Source: Chiloscyllium plagiosum (taxonomy: Eukaryota). Taken from it: a stretch of DNA of 64,000 bases. Every line of letters begins with the position of its first letter. The stretch's first letter is position 1. Under the pieces are notes generated by a model. It saw only the letters and a list, made by a program, of their open reading frames with translations. It was not told where the DNA came from and ran no database searches. Shown here piece by piece: positions 28,066-40,200 of the stretch. Made by a program: the position numbers and the translations under genes. The DNA lies in the NCBI RefSeq assembly GCF_004010195.1, contig NC_057718.1, positions 25,051,955 through 25,115,954 of the forward strand. Direction: 5' to 3'.

Positions 28066-28423
28066 TTAAAAAAAAATGACTAAACACTGAACATGTGGTC
28101 TGTTAAATATTGTAATGACACATAATTGTTTTTAAGCTATGTGAAAATATAGTTTACACTTTGTCCCCTGTGAACAACTTCAATTTGGAAAGAACTACAA
28201 TCAAACAAAATTGAAATTTCTAGCCTATTAAGACTGTTTCATTTCTGAATGAACTCCCTCCCAAGATAAAGAGAAACATATTTTCTATTCCATGAGATGA
28301 CAAATAATGTTTTGACAGACTAGGTATTATATTGCAAATCCCCATCACTCTTCCCTTGGACTGTGACAGGGGAAAAATAAGCTTTAAACTCCAAAGGCAT
28401 TGAAATGAGTTCTAGACAAGTAC

Positions 28424-28600
28424 CTGACTCTTGTTGACGTGATCATTGGGATGCACAGGATCCTTGCTGCCCAGTTTACCTCCGAGAATCTGAATTGCCC
28501 TATTGCTGATCACTTCATTCACATTCATGTTTGTTTGTGTTCCAGAGCCAGTTTGCCATATCACCAGAGGAAAGTGATCATCCAATTTCCCAGCAAGCAC
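28424..28600 (-). CDS. FH: Fumarate hydratase exon 4
   Basis: [59 protein letters not shown]; 177 nt; AG/GT flanks. Confidence 0.98.
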
Positions 28601-29396
28601 CTGCACAATAAACACAACAACAAACCTCATATTCAGATCCTTGTTCCAAGTGGACAGGACAACACCTGATTTAATTTATCTGACAAAGACAATGTGTGTT
28701 CACAGCATAATGCAAACAGCACAGAATGTTGCCCAAATCAAGGGCATTGGGATTCCTAAATGTAATAGTTATATTTTGCTATATCTGATATTGATACGTT
28801 GTGGTGCTAACAAACTTCCTTAATCAACAAAGATAGACAATTGTTACTTACTTGACCACTTGGCAGCACTGTAGAGAACTGATGAACAACTACAAAGCAC
28901 CGTCCACTGGCTATAATACAGTATTACAACTACTGCTAAGAACTTTCCAATTGAAGGGAAAGAAAAAAAATTAGAGAAATTTTCAAAACAAAAAACTATT
29001 TATAATCAAATATTTATTTTCGATTCTTAAAGCGCAATTGTTCACTGTCATGGTGCTACCATGAGCCAAGCACTATCTTCTCCAAGACAGGTGAACAAGT
29101 GTTAAGAATTTTTCTTTAGAGGTTAGGCAGATAAGAGGAGCTGATTGCGTTAAGATTACAACACAAAAGCAGACAATTAGCCAGCGTTGTGCTCCACCAA
29201 TGCAGCAGAAAGTAGGGAAGGTATATCATATCTTTAAGCCTGTAATACCTGCACTAATGATGTGGAGGTAAGTATTATTTTTTTCCATTTGTTTGCATTC
29301 CAGAATACTTAATAGCTAATTTCCAGTGAAACATAAATCCAAAGATCCAAAAGCCACAAACTATTTTCAAGGAAGAAAATTCTTAAATTCCTTACA

Positions 29397-29730
29397 ATGG
29401 CCGAGTAGTATTATCCCTCGGCTATTATTCCAGAGTCTCGAGTAATGTTCTGGCGACCTGGCTTCAAATCCCACTATGGCAGATGTGGAATTTTCATACA
29501 ATTAAAAAAGTCTGAAATTATTGTGAACCTTTGTAAATTGTTGGAAAAATCCACCTGATTCACTAAAGAGTTTCAGGGAAGGAAGCTGTCATCCTTACCT
29601 GGTCTGGCCTATATGTGACTCCAGACCCACAGCAATATTGTTGACTCTTACTGCCCTTTCAGCATTAAAAATGGGCAATAAATGTTGGTTTAGCCAGCAA
29701 CACCCGCATCCCACGAGTGAATAAAAAAAT
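29397..29730 (+). mobile_element. tRNA-derived SINE (same family as 22120-22405)
   Basis: gggaaggaagctgtcatccttacctggtctggcctatatgtgactccagacccacagc body; ggcaataaatgttgg..gaataaaaaaa tail. Confidence 0.7.
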
Positions 29731-30995
29731 TCAAAAATTTGATAAAACAGGATTACAGAAGTAACCAATTTGCACTACACCTGAATCCTTCTGAATGTAG
29801 GTGCAGTGCAAATCAAAGTGTATATACATGTTATTTTTAAAAGAAATGGATTTAGATCCTTTGCCTCCAGTAAGATACCACAACAACTTATAGTCTGTAT
29901 CTCAATGTTGCAAATTTATTCTCGATCTTTTCATGTCATTTTCTGAAAACCAGTTAGTGAGTTAGCAGAACAGAACAAATAACTTGTACTTTTAAGACGC
30001 TCTGGGAAGCAAGAAGTCCCTCTCACATCAGATGTCACTGGAGTGACTCTGGAGCAAAAGAGACACAAAATGATGTTGTGACATGCTGGTAAAATGAGTG
30101 CTAATGTAATAAAATAAATAGCATACTGAACTATAGAGACTCTTTAATCAGACGGATAATGTCTTTGAACCGATTTCTATCCTAACGAAATATTATGAGT
30201 TAAGACCGCTATGAGGGTTTTCCCCAGTACAAAGAAAATTGTACTTCTAGACATTCAATGGGAGTCTGTTGAAAGGATTGGGTGGAATAGATGTAGATGT
30301 AGATGGAAAAGATGCACACACATCTCTCATCCCGCAACTGAATTTTTCCATATTAAAATGTTCTAAAATCAGTTCCCAGGACAGTGGTTCTATTAAAAGA
30401 TGTTATATCAACCCTCCATAAAGAGGAGTTTCATTATAAAAAAAGTCTAAATTTACTTTCAATAATTAGGTAGGGTTCTGACAGGATTTACCCATGCTAA
30501 AGGTGGAATAACTTCAGCCAAATTATGCCTGGTACCCATAAAATCACATTAAATAATATTCTCCTTGTAAAGTAGTAAAGTAACCTTCTTTGTGCAACTT
30601 TAAACTGACTTAATCTGGCTAACGGCAATGTTTAATGTTTCTCAGTTTAAGTACGTCAGGCATTTTGGTAAAGATAAGTAAATAGCTAGAAAAGGAGCAA
30701 GTTTTCCTTTTACTCTTATTTTAAAATGCTTTGCCACCCTACAAGCTTCCCAGAGCTTCAAAAATTCCAAAGCAACCCTATAGACATTTCAGTTCACCCA
30801 CATCCTACCACTGCAACTGACCACAGTCTGTCCCTGTGCTAGCATGTCTGTTTTCACTTCTCTCTCTGATCTCATTTACAATTCTCTTTTATTTATCCAA
30901 GCTTGTCAATTCAACTGTGCTGGATTGTGGCTTGCTGCCCCTTGGAATGTACCATAAGGTCAGTTATAAACCCTTACCCCTCAGGCTGTTCCTAC

Positions 30996-31106
30996 CTCAT
31001 CAGCTGCCTTTATAATGCTGTCTGCAATTTTTGGATCCAAACCATATTCCACGTTCACTTCTGCAGCAGCTCGCTTCAGAATGCCAAAGGCTTTTATTAC
31101 TTGGAT
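30996..31106 (-). CDS. FH: Fumarate hydratase exon 3
   Basis: [37 protein letters not shown]; 111 nt; AG/GT flanks. Confidence 0.97.
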
Positions 31107-31709
31107 CTGTGAACCAAAATAAAAAGGTGAAGTAACATCAAACATTCTTTCTCTCACCTCCACCCCCTTTCTCTCCTTGACTCACTAATGCAAGAGAAAG
31201 TGCCTGTGAAGCACACATTGATTTGCTTACTAAAAAATGTACTTTCCGCAAGTTTTAACTTTACATTAGTGGTGTTTAATCTATCAATAAATCAATTGGG
31301 CAATCAGACTGGAATACATGCAGAAAGAGCTGAATACTGCAGAATGGTGGAATCTTCAACTTGTAGCTTTGCAATGGGGAAGATCTGAGGTCTCAATAAA
31401 CTTACTGAGTCCCAAACAAAATCATGCTCACTGGATTCAAATAATCATTAAATTTTTAGCATTTTACTGATGGCATAGTCAAGATTTTTTTCAGGCTTCT
31501 ACTTTCACTCCTCCTAGAATTGAAAACACCTGTTCGAAACATTTTATATGAACTGAAGTGAGAAAGTAGAAAAAGGAGAGGTTTCCGAATAAAAGCTTAA
31601 AACTAATCGATCTGTTTGTATGAGCTCAAAAATAATCCAATTCCTTCAAAGAAGACCTGACCAATATACATCCTGCAATGGTGTGGTTCAAATGCTTTTG
31701 GTCATTTAT

Positions 31710-32290
31710 CACTTGTACAGCATGGTCCAACACATCCTTGCCGACCAGACAGCCCAATCTGACCTAATCGCATCTGCCAGCATTTGTCCCAAACCCGACT
31801 AAACTCTTTCTATTCATATGCCTTTTAAATATTGTAATTCTACCCACCTCCACCACTTCCTCTGTCAGCTCATTCCATACATGCACTATCTTCTGCATGA
31901 AAAAGTTACCCCTCAGGTCTTTTTTTTTAATATATCTTTCCCCTCTCACCTTAAACCTATGCCCTTCAGCTTTGGACTCCCCTACCCTTGGCTATTACCC
32001 TATCCATGCCCCTCATGATTTTATCAATTTATATAAGTTCAAACTTCAGCATATCAGGGAAAAGAGCCCCAGCCTATTCAGCCTCTCCCTACAACTCAAA
32101 CCCTCCTGTCCCAGCAACATCCTTAGAAATCTTTTCTGCACCCTCTTAAATTTAACAACATTTTTCCTCTAAAATGGAAACCAGAATTGTAAGCAGTATT
32201 CTAAAAGTGGCCTCACCAACATCCTGCACAGCTGTAACATGATATCCCAACTCATAGTCAACGTTCTGACCAATGAAGGCTTGTGGTACC
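31710..32290 (-). mobile_element. CR1 LINE 3' fragment
   Basis: RGERY..DLRGNFFMQKIVHVWNEL motif. Confidence 0.85.
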
Positions 32291-32603
32291 TTGCTCTGCA
32301 CAGTTGGTTCCCATATTAGTCTATAAAATAGGAAATTCACTTAAAAGTACTTCACTGACTTTGAAGTTTCTTTCCTTTTCTCTCTCTCCCCCCAAGCTGC
32401 TTGTCGGTAGATGCCAAGAAAGGACCGTGGGCAATTATGATAACAAGCACAAATTTTGCAGAGTTTTCTAATTTAAAGATCACGTTCACCAGCAAGAAAC
32501 AGTAATCCAGAGCAGCGTTCACACCTCAGTGTATGAAAGATGAGGATCCAGAATGATCCAAGATGTAGTGAGTCCGAGTAACTTATGCCACCAAATTCCA
32601 AAG

Positions 32604-32925
32604 TAGATTAGATTAGATTAGATTACATTACAGTATGGAAACAGGCCCTTTGGCCCAACAAGTCCACACCGACCCGCCGAAGCGCAACCCACCCATACCC
32701 CTACATTTACCCCTTACCTAACACTATGGGCAATTTAGCATGGCCAATTCACCTGACCTGCACATCTTTGGACTGTGGGAGGAAACCGGAGCACCCGGAG
32801 GAAACCCACGCAGACACAGGGAGAACGTGCAAACTCCACACAGTCAGTCGCTTGAGGCGGGAATTGAACCCGGGTCTCAGGCGCTGTGAGGCAGCAGTGC
32901 TAACCACTGTGCCACTGTGCCGCCC
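32604..32925 (-). mobile_element. HE1-type V-SINE, full length
   Basis: tRNA-like head, V domain, CR1-like tail and (aatct)n end; highly similar to 8029-8356. Confidence 0.92.
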
Positions 32926-33069
32926 ACATAAGTACATCTGACTTATGAGGTAGAAGTTATGAGATGTTTCAGTCAGTTTTCCTGCATATTTAATTCAAAT
33001 TCACACACTAAGTCCAATTCATACACTGAAAAAGGTCTTAATCTGTGGTTTCCTTACTAGCAAAAGCGC

Positions 33070-33455
33070 ATTTTATTTAGGCTTTTAATGACCACAGAAC
33101 ACACCCAAAGTGCTTTACAGCTAATGATGCCCTCTGGAATGTAGTAACTGTTGTAATACATAAGACGTGGCATCCCATTTCTACACTGTTGTTTGTGTGA
33201 GCTAGCTACATAATCAGCTATTGATTCCTGGTTAAATTTGGCTATGGTACTGGAGCTAACTCCTTTCCTCTTCTCCGAAATCGTGCCATGGAATCCTGTA
33301 TAGGGAAAACAGGGTCTTATCTTAATATCTCATCTGAAATGAAGTATTGCCTTGATGTTTCACTTGAGTGTTAACCTTGATTTTTGTGCTCAAGCCTTAA
33401 AGGGGTCTTGAACTCACAACCTTCTCACTTAGGATGTGAGCCACACTGATACTGT
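33070..33455 (-). mobile_element. Decayed DeuSINE-like element
   Basis: Reverse complement resembles 7930-8635 (cccaaagtgctttacagc; gtgccatggaatc). Confidence 0.5.
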
Positions 33456-33944
33456 TCAATGAGATCTCTTGAAATTACTGCAATTAATTGTTTTCTTAAA
33501 AAATACACCAAATTATTTTCAACCTACACTATTTAATTTCAATGTGGATCATCCATCTGCATTATAGCCATAAAAACTAGTAACATTTTGTGCATATTTG
33601 AGTGCCACATTATCACTGGTACACCAGTTATAAAATTGATAAACAATCAAATATCTTTTAAAAAGAAAATAATAAAACACATTTAATCACATAATTTAGT
33701 TGGAAAAACCTCACAAAGATATCAGTTTCAATTTCTAAGACTTTTGCCTGAAGCTGCAATGAGATGATTCCTGCTATTATTCTATATTCTTTAGATCAGT
33801 TTGAAGCCTGACCAATTACTGCATGTCCAGAGGCATACAACAAAGCAAACATACACTCGTTTGGTCATTACTCATTACAGCAAGTGAATTGGAAAATAAA
33901 ATAAAATTCACTACAAAGTGGAAGGAGGTGGCAGGGTGGGGGAG

Positions 33945-33946
<2 letters not shown>

Positions 33947-34011
<65 letters not shown>

Positions 34012-34044
34012 TGAGAGAGTGAGAGAGTGAGAGAGTGAGAGAGA
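33947..34044. repeat. Compound microsatellite (GT)29 + (GAGAGT)n
   Basis: Read directly; followed by a GA-rich tract to ~34180. Confidence 0.97.
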
Positions 34045-34243
34045 AATAAAATTCAATTTGAAGAGGAAGAACGTGGGGGGAATGGAGGTGGAGGGAAGAG
34101 GTAGTGAAAAGGAGGGGAAAAGAGAGAGAGAGAGAAAATAGAGACAGACAGACAGAGATAAAGAGAAAAAAGAAAGAAACAAGAAATCTAAGAACCAATG
34201 ACCATTTTTTCTTGAAAAATTACAATTTTGCTAATTAACTTAC

Positions 34244-34378
34244 TGGCATCCGCTCAGACACCCCGCCGATTTTAAAGTTCATCATTGATCTAACTGTCTG
34301 GGCTCCATAGTATTTGTCATTTGGCACCTTTAGCTCACCAAAGGTATCATATTCGATTCTGTAGACTTCAGAGCTTTC
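34244..34378 (-). CDS. FH: Fumarate hydratase exon 2
   Basis: [45 protein letters not shown]; 135 nt; ttcctag acceptor, gtaagt donor. Confidence 0.97.
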
Positions 34379-36562
34379 CTAGGAAAGAGAAGCAGAATGT
34401 TAATTATTTCAATTTCTTAATAATAGAAAGAAAGTGTATTTATAGTAATAATTTCCAAGTTAACATTGAAACACTATTTAAGATTAAGCATATCTAAGCT
34501 TTAGAAATGATAGAAAATCATTTTTAAACCTTCTGTCAATTGCAAACAATGACTGTTCTGATAAAGTGATTTTCCTCTCCAACAAACAACAGCTTATATT
34601 TATTTAGCACCTTTAACGTAGAAAGATATTCCAAGTTATTTCACCAAAGTCATGTGTTTCCTTCCCCCAAGTCACAAAAAAATCAAAACTTTGGTCAGAA
34701 AGACAGGCTTTAAAATGTTCCTCCAACAAGAGAGGGATAAACCAGAAGGATTGGGAAGGGAATTCCAGTAGAGAGATGTGCCTGTGTGCACTGTTGATTT
34801 TGTGTGTTTGGAAAAAATAATTCTACCATTCCCTCTGTCCTCAAAATCTTTAAATATTATTCCCCATTGTGCCTGCTTCCCCCCCCCCCCCCCCGATTAT
34901 TTTCTGCCAGTAGTTATTTTGCAATGGCTTTAATTTGCTTTTTATTCCATCACTTTATCATTATCTGAAATTAATCATTTTTAGGCATCAGTTAGAACTC
35001 TTCAGTGATAAACCACTGAAATATTGCACTGTAAATCAAAAAATATATAATTAAGTGTTTTTAAAAATGCACTGATTAATAAAATATTTTTTTCAACTGC
35101 TTCAGTATTAGATTAAGGGCAACACTTGCACCAGCTATTCTTGATCAAATAATACAATCTTGAAACAAATGAGTGCAGAAGTATAGGAATGCTGGTTCAG
35201 CACAATCCCAACCCCAACTTCACCCCCACCATCCCTCCCACCCCCATCATAGAATGAGAAGGTCAGATAACAGCAGTGTTGAGCAACTGGCTCAGATCAA
35301 TTTCTGCCCTGCCCTGCGATTAAATGGTAAATAAGTAATTTTCAAACATGAGTGTTGCAATCTTGTTTCAACTATAGTCAAGCATTAATTCCAGCACAAC
35401 TGAATGCAGACTACAGGTCAGACAATAATATGCTACTGCACTGCATGAATATATACAAAATTCTGGTGTCTAGTACAGCCCCAATTTAATTAGCTCCACA
35501 TAGCTATGAAGCTATAGAACTTAACATCCCGGCAGGAGTACTGAAATCTATGCACCAGAGTTATCTGACCCCCATTGAACCCCCACCTAAAATATTCCAG
35601 TCACCTGTGACACACTGATGTTATCAGGTTGATTTCTAAAGAGAGAGTCTGAACTGAACCTACTCTGCGACTGAAAATACTGAGCAAAAACCCTCAATGA
35701 TCCTACTTTTCACGATGTAGTACTGGAAAGAAACATCCTCATGAGTGCTGTCTCACTGTTACTCAACCCATATCATAATTCATAAAAGAAATCTCTTTAC
35801 TTGTTGACCAAAACTAATAATTATGGACAACTAAATTTTTTTTTCCTATCAAGATTGAACCTGTGTGCTTCCAACTCAATATTCAGCTCTAATATAGGGT
35901 TGATAGCCTGGTTGACAGAAATGAAGCGATCCTGAATTCATTCTGAAATGCTGAAAATTCTACTCTCTGGAAAAGTATTGGGCAGTGTCGTTTTTGTTTA
36001 AATCTGATAAAGTGTGGCCTACATCTACGTCAGCATTTAATATCCAACCCTAGTTACCATTGAAAAGGTGTTGGTGAGCTGCCTTCTTAAGCCATTGGCA
36101 GGCCATTTGGTGTAGGTCCACCCATAATGTCTGTTAGGCAGAGAATTCCAAGATTCTGATCCAGTGACACTGAAGGAACAGTGATTTGTTTCTAACTCAC
36201 AATAGTGAGCGGTTTAGATAACAACATGCAGGTAATGACGTTCCAAAGTAGCTGTTGCTCTTGAGCTCCTAGGTGCTAGTGATCATGGGTTTGAAAAGTG
36301 CTGCCTAAGGAGCCTGGCTGAGCAGTACATCTTGTGGATGGTGCATGCTGCTGTCACTGTGTAGTAATGGCAGAGAGAGTGAACGTGTGTGAACGTGAGG
36401 ACTGCTTTGCCCTGAGTGATGTCAAGCTTCTTTAGTGTTGTTGGAGCTGCAGTCATCATGGAAAGTATTCCATCACAATCCCAACTTGTGCCTTGCAGAT
36501 TGTGGACAGACTGGGGAGTCATGAGGTGAGTTGCTCAGCAGGACTCATAGCCTCTGAACTAA

Positions 36563-38068
36563 GCCAGTTTTGAGAAGACCCATAGTCTCGCTACCTGGAA
36601 CACCAACTTACAAGGAGCTACACCAAAGACTAAAACACTTAGAAGACGACTCACGCCACTCCATGCACTCCACCCAAGAATTCCTGAAGACCAAAGACAC
36701 GAAGATAGAAGAGGATGAAATAATGGTCTCCTTTGATGTAACAGCCCTATACACATCAATCAACATCAACCTGGCCAAGGAAACACTGATTACACTATTA
36801 GAAGAACCAAAGACACATACACCAAACACCACTAACTTCATCAGCAAGGTCAATATCGTCAAGCTACTGGACCTATGCCTTACCAAATACTCCACGTTCA
36901 ACAAAAAAACCTACAGACAAACCAACGGAACACCCATGGGATCTCCGATATCAGGGTTCTTAGTAATGCAGAGACTCTAACAAACAGCTATGCCAACTAT
37001 CCAACCCAAGCTTTGGGTCCATTAAGTGGATGACACCTTTGTCATCACTAAACAAAACAAATTAGAGGAAACCTTGAAGACCATAAATAATACCCTGATT
37101 GGCATAAAATTCACTAAAGAGGAGGAAAACAACAACAAACTGCCATTCCTAGATGTCGCAGTAGAGCGATCAGACAATGGGGAACTTCAAACCAGCGTCT
37201 ACAGGAAAACAACACACACGGTCCAAATATTGAACGACAGAAGCAATCATCGCAACATCCACAAACTAAGTTGCATCAGAACATTATTTCAATGAGCCAA
37301 CACACACTGCAGCACAGAGAAACTATGCAGAGCAGAGGAAAATCCACCTATAGTGTGTATTCAAAAAGAATGGGTACGCAATGAACACAGTCTGCTGATT
37401 TCTCAGCAACAAACCCAAACAAGCAGACAAAACACTTAAAGAAACCCTAGCCACGCTCCCCTACATCAAAGACATCGCGGAAATGACTGCCAGACTACTC
37501 AGATCCCTTGGCATCATGGTAACCCACAAACCCACCAACACATTAAAACAGCAGCTAATGAACTTGGAAGACCCTATACAGACAAGCAAAACTAATGTCA
37601 TTTACAAAATACCATGCAGGAACTGTAACAAACACTACATTGGACAAACAGGCAGAAAACTAGCCACCAGGATACATGAACACCAACTAGCCCCAAAACA
37701 ATACGACCCTCTCTCACTAGTATTCTTACATACAGATAAGAAAGGACACCACTTTGACTGGGACAACACATCCATCTTAGGACAAGCCAAACAGAGACAC
37801 GCATGAGAATTCCTAGAAGCATGGCATTCCAACCGGAACTCTATGAACAAACACATCGAGTAAGACCCCATCTACCACCCCCTGAGAAAAAAAAATGACA
37901 TCACCACAGGAAATGACATCACCAGCCCAAAGAAACCCAAACATATAAATAGAAAGCAGGAATCATGTACACTGCTTCACCTGAGGTCCACTGAAGATGT
38001 TACCTAGTAGGGTGACGAAACGTCTGGAAATGTACCTCCCAACTCAGTGAGAAAACCTACATTCAGAA
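36563..38068 (+). mobile_element. Penelope-like retroelement, 5'-truncated (RT + GIY-YIG endonuclease + pLTR)
   Basis: VSFDVTALYTSI, GTPMGSPISG, (Y)VDDTFV, LPFLDV, VYRK and NVIYKIPCRNCNKHYIGQTGRKLATRIHEH motifs with stops and frameshifts. Flanked by cctc(t/c)gaactaa direct repeats (36551-36562, 38069-38080). Confidence 0.93.
37987..38028 (+). ncRNA. Minimal type I hammerhead ribozyme motif in Penelope pLTR
   Basis: TCCA-CTGAAGA-T-GTTACC-tagtag-GGTGAC-GAAAC-GTC-TGGA: complete core, 4-bp stem I, 6-bp stem II, palindromic ACGT stem III. Predicted cut after C38024. Confidence 0.8.
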
Positions 38069-39449
38069 CCTCCGAACTAATCTTGAAGCCACTATGTTTA
38101 AACAGCTGGACCAGTAAAGTTTCTGGTCATTGATAATATCCAAAATGCTGATAAGCAGGGGATTCAGTAATGGTGATGCTATTGAATGTCAAGGGACGAT
38201 AGTTACATTCCCTTCTGCTGGAGGTGGTCTCTGCCTGACACTCGTGTTGAGAATGTGATCCATCAGTCTAAAGTCTGGATATTGTACAGGTCTTTCTGCA
38301 TTTGGGCATGCAGTTCTTCGTTATCTGAAAAGTCACAAATGGTACTGAATAGTGAGCAATCATCAATAAACATCCCATTTCTGATCTCACTATGTTGGGA
38401 AGGTTATTGCTGAAACAGCTGAAGATGGATCAGATCAGGGCACTATCCTGAAGAGGTTCTGCAGTAACATCCAAGAGCTACAATGACTGACCTCAATAAT
38501 CACAACTATCCTGTGTGCCAGGTATGACTCCAGACAGTGAAGAATCCTCCTGGTTATTCCCAAGGTCTCGAATTTTGATGAGATCCTCAATGCCACACTC
38601 AATGTTAAGTGCAGCCTTGATGTTGATCCTGAAGAGGATCTGCATTTCAATGCAGAGAAGCATGAGATGATGCATTTTGATAGGGAGAACACTAAAAGAT
38701 AATATAAATTAGGGGGTACAATTCTAAAGATTGGGGGTAATTAGGACGTGGAATTCAGCGCCTAGGAGAGTAATGGAGGCAGGTTCAATTGAGGCAGTCA
38801 AGAGGGCATTGGGTGATCATTTGGATAAAAACAATGCACAAAAGGACAAGGGAAAAGCAGAAGATTTGCACTGGGTAATGATGCTCATTTAATGAGCTGG
38901 TGCAGGCACGGTGCTGACCTAATTCTTCACCTGCTATGATCTGAAAGCAACTCTGATGAAATGGTGAAGTAGTCTGAAACCACTTCAAAATCTCCTAAAC
39001 AATGATGAAACAAGTGGCAGACAATCATGTCAAGGTTGGAACCTTTCGGCCAGAGGACTACGTGTCAGTGACCTGTATAGAATTGCAAAGAACCTCAGGA
39101 CAATGAATTATTTGTTTGAGACCCTGAATTGAAGAAAAATCAAATCTGCTCTCATGTCAACTGATAAAGCAATACTACTACCAAGAAAGGGATGAGCAAA
39201 TCTGCCCCATTGCAACCAACCTGGAGGATGGGGGTAACAGCAGGAATAAATTGTAAGGAGACATGAGGGAGCCTTCACTGAACGTATAATACCCAGCTAA
39301 CTAACACGTCAGTGTTCACTCACCTAGTTACAAAGTTGACTTAACTGACGGCTCATTGTATTTAAAAGCTAATTCAAAGACAGGCCAGGCTGCACCACCC
39401 TAACCTAACACAATGTGGATGTGGGAGAGATCTCTTCCATCAGGTAACA

Positions 39450-40200
39450 TTCCTATTGGCTAGACCTAGACAAATTGGTCCAGGTTCAGGAGGAGATTAA
39501 CTGCACGCTGGAGCACCAACTAACAGAATCTAGCAGCAAGCTATGACCAGAGCCAACTCCAAACTGATACCCTTACAGCTGGATGATTGTATTGATAAAC
39601 TAGGTAAAGCAACCTAGATTTACTTTAGGGGTGCTGGGTTTCCCAAATGCATTCAAAAAGGAAATCTTCGTCTTCATAACTCTTGATGGATTTTGCCAAT
39701 GTTAAGTCACGCCATTCAGTCTAAAAATGCCCCAGCAACCTCTCAAAGGTTGATGAACCAGATAGTGGCAACTTACCTAATTGCATTGTGTACTTAGATA
39801 ACCTCATGTACAGCAACATGTTGGGAATTGCACTGAGAGCAACTGGAAGCCCTCTTCCTGAAAGTTGAGCTACCCAGTGGTCAATCCTGCAAAAAGTATG
39901 TTCGCTAAGACCCAAGGTACCTATTTAGAACACAGTTGCACCAAGGATCCTACCTAGGCTGCATAGGCAGAAGTAGCATCACAATTCCCCTTTCCCACAA
40001 CCAAACAGGAAATCATATGCATTCTACTGAAAGTTCATCCTGAATTCCAGGACAGAAGCTGTACCTTTGCCAGACCTACTGCAGAAAAAACCTAAAGGGA
40101 TTTTGGACTGAAAAATGCAAGACTGCCTTTGGAAAGCTGAAGGCCATTTTAATAAGCGAACCTATGCAGATAACTTCAAACATCAAACAAGTATTTAAGG
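39450..40200 (+). mobile_element. Gypsy/Ty3 LTR retrotransposon pol remnant
   Basis: Decayed PF(G)LKNAPAT(F)QRLMNQ, VYLD(D) and WTEKCKTAFGKLKAILISEP motifs. Confidence 0.7.

Larger units (their letters stand above)
36010..38630 (-). mobile_element. Old non-CR1 LINE split by a Penelope insertion
   Basis: AAPTTLKKLDITQ motif on the minus strand. Host sequence breaks at ~36562 and resumes at ~38069. Confidence 0.65.

Noticed and set aside
33823..34198. Poly-HT / poly-VC ORFs
   Set aside because: Translations of the (GT)n microsatellite.
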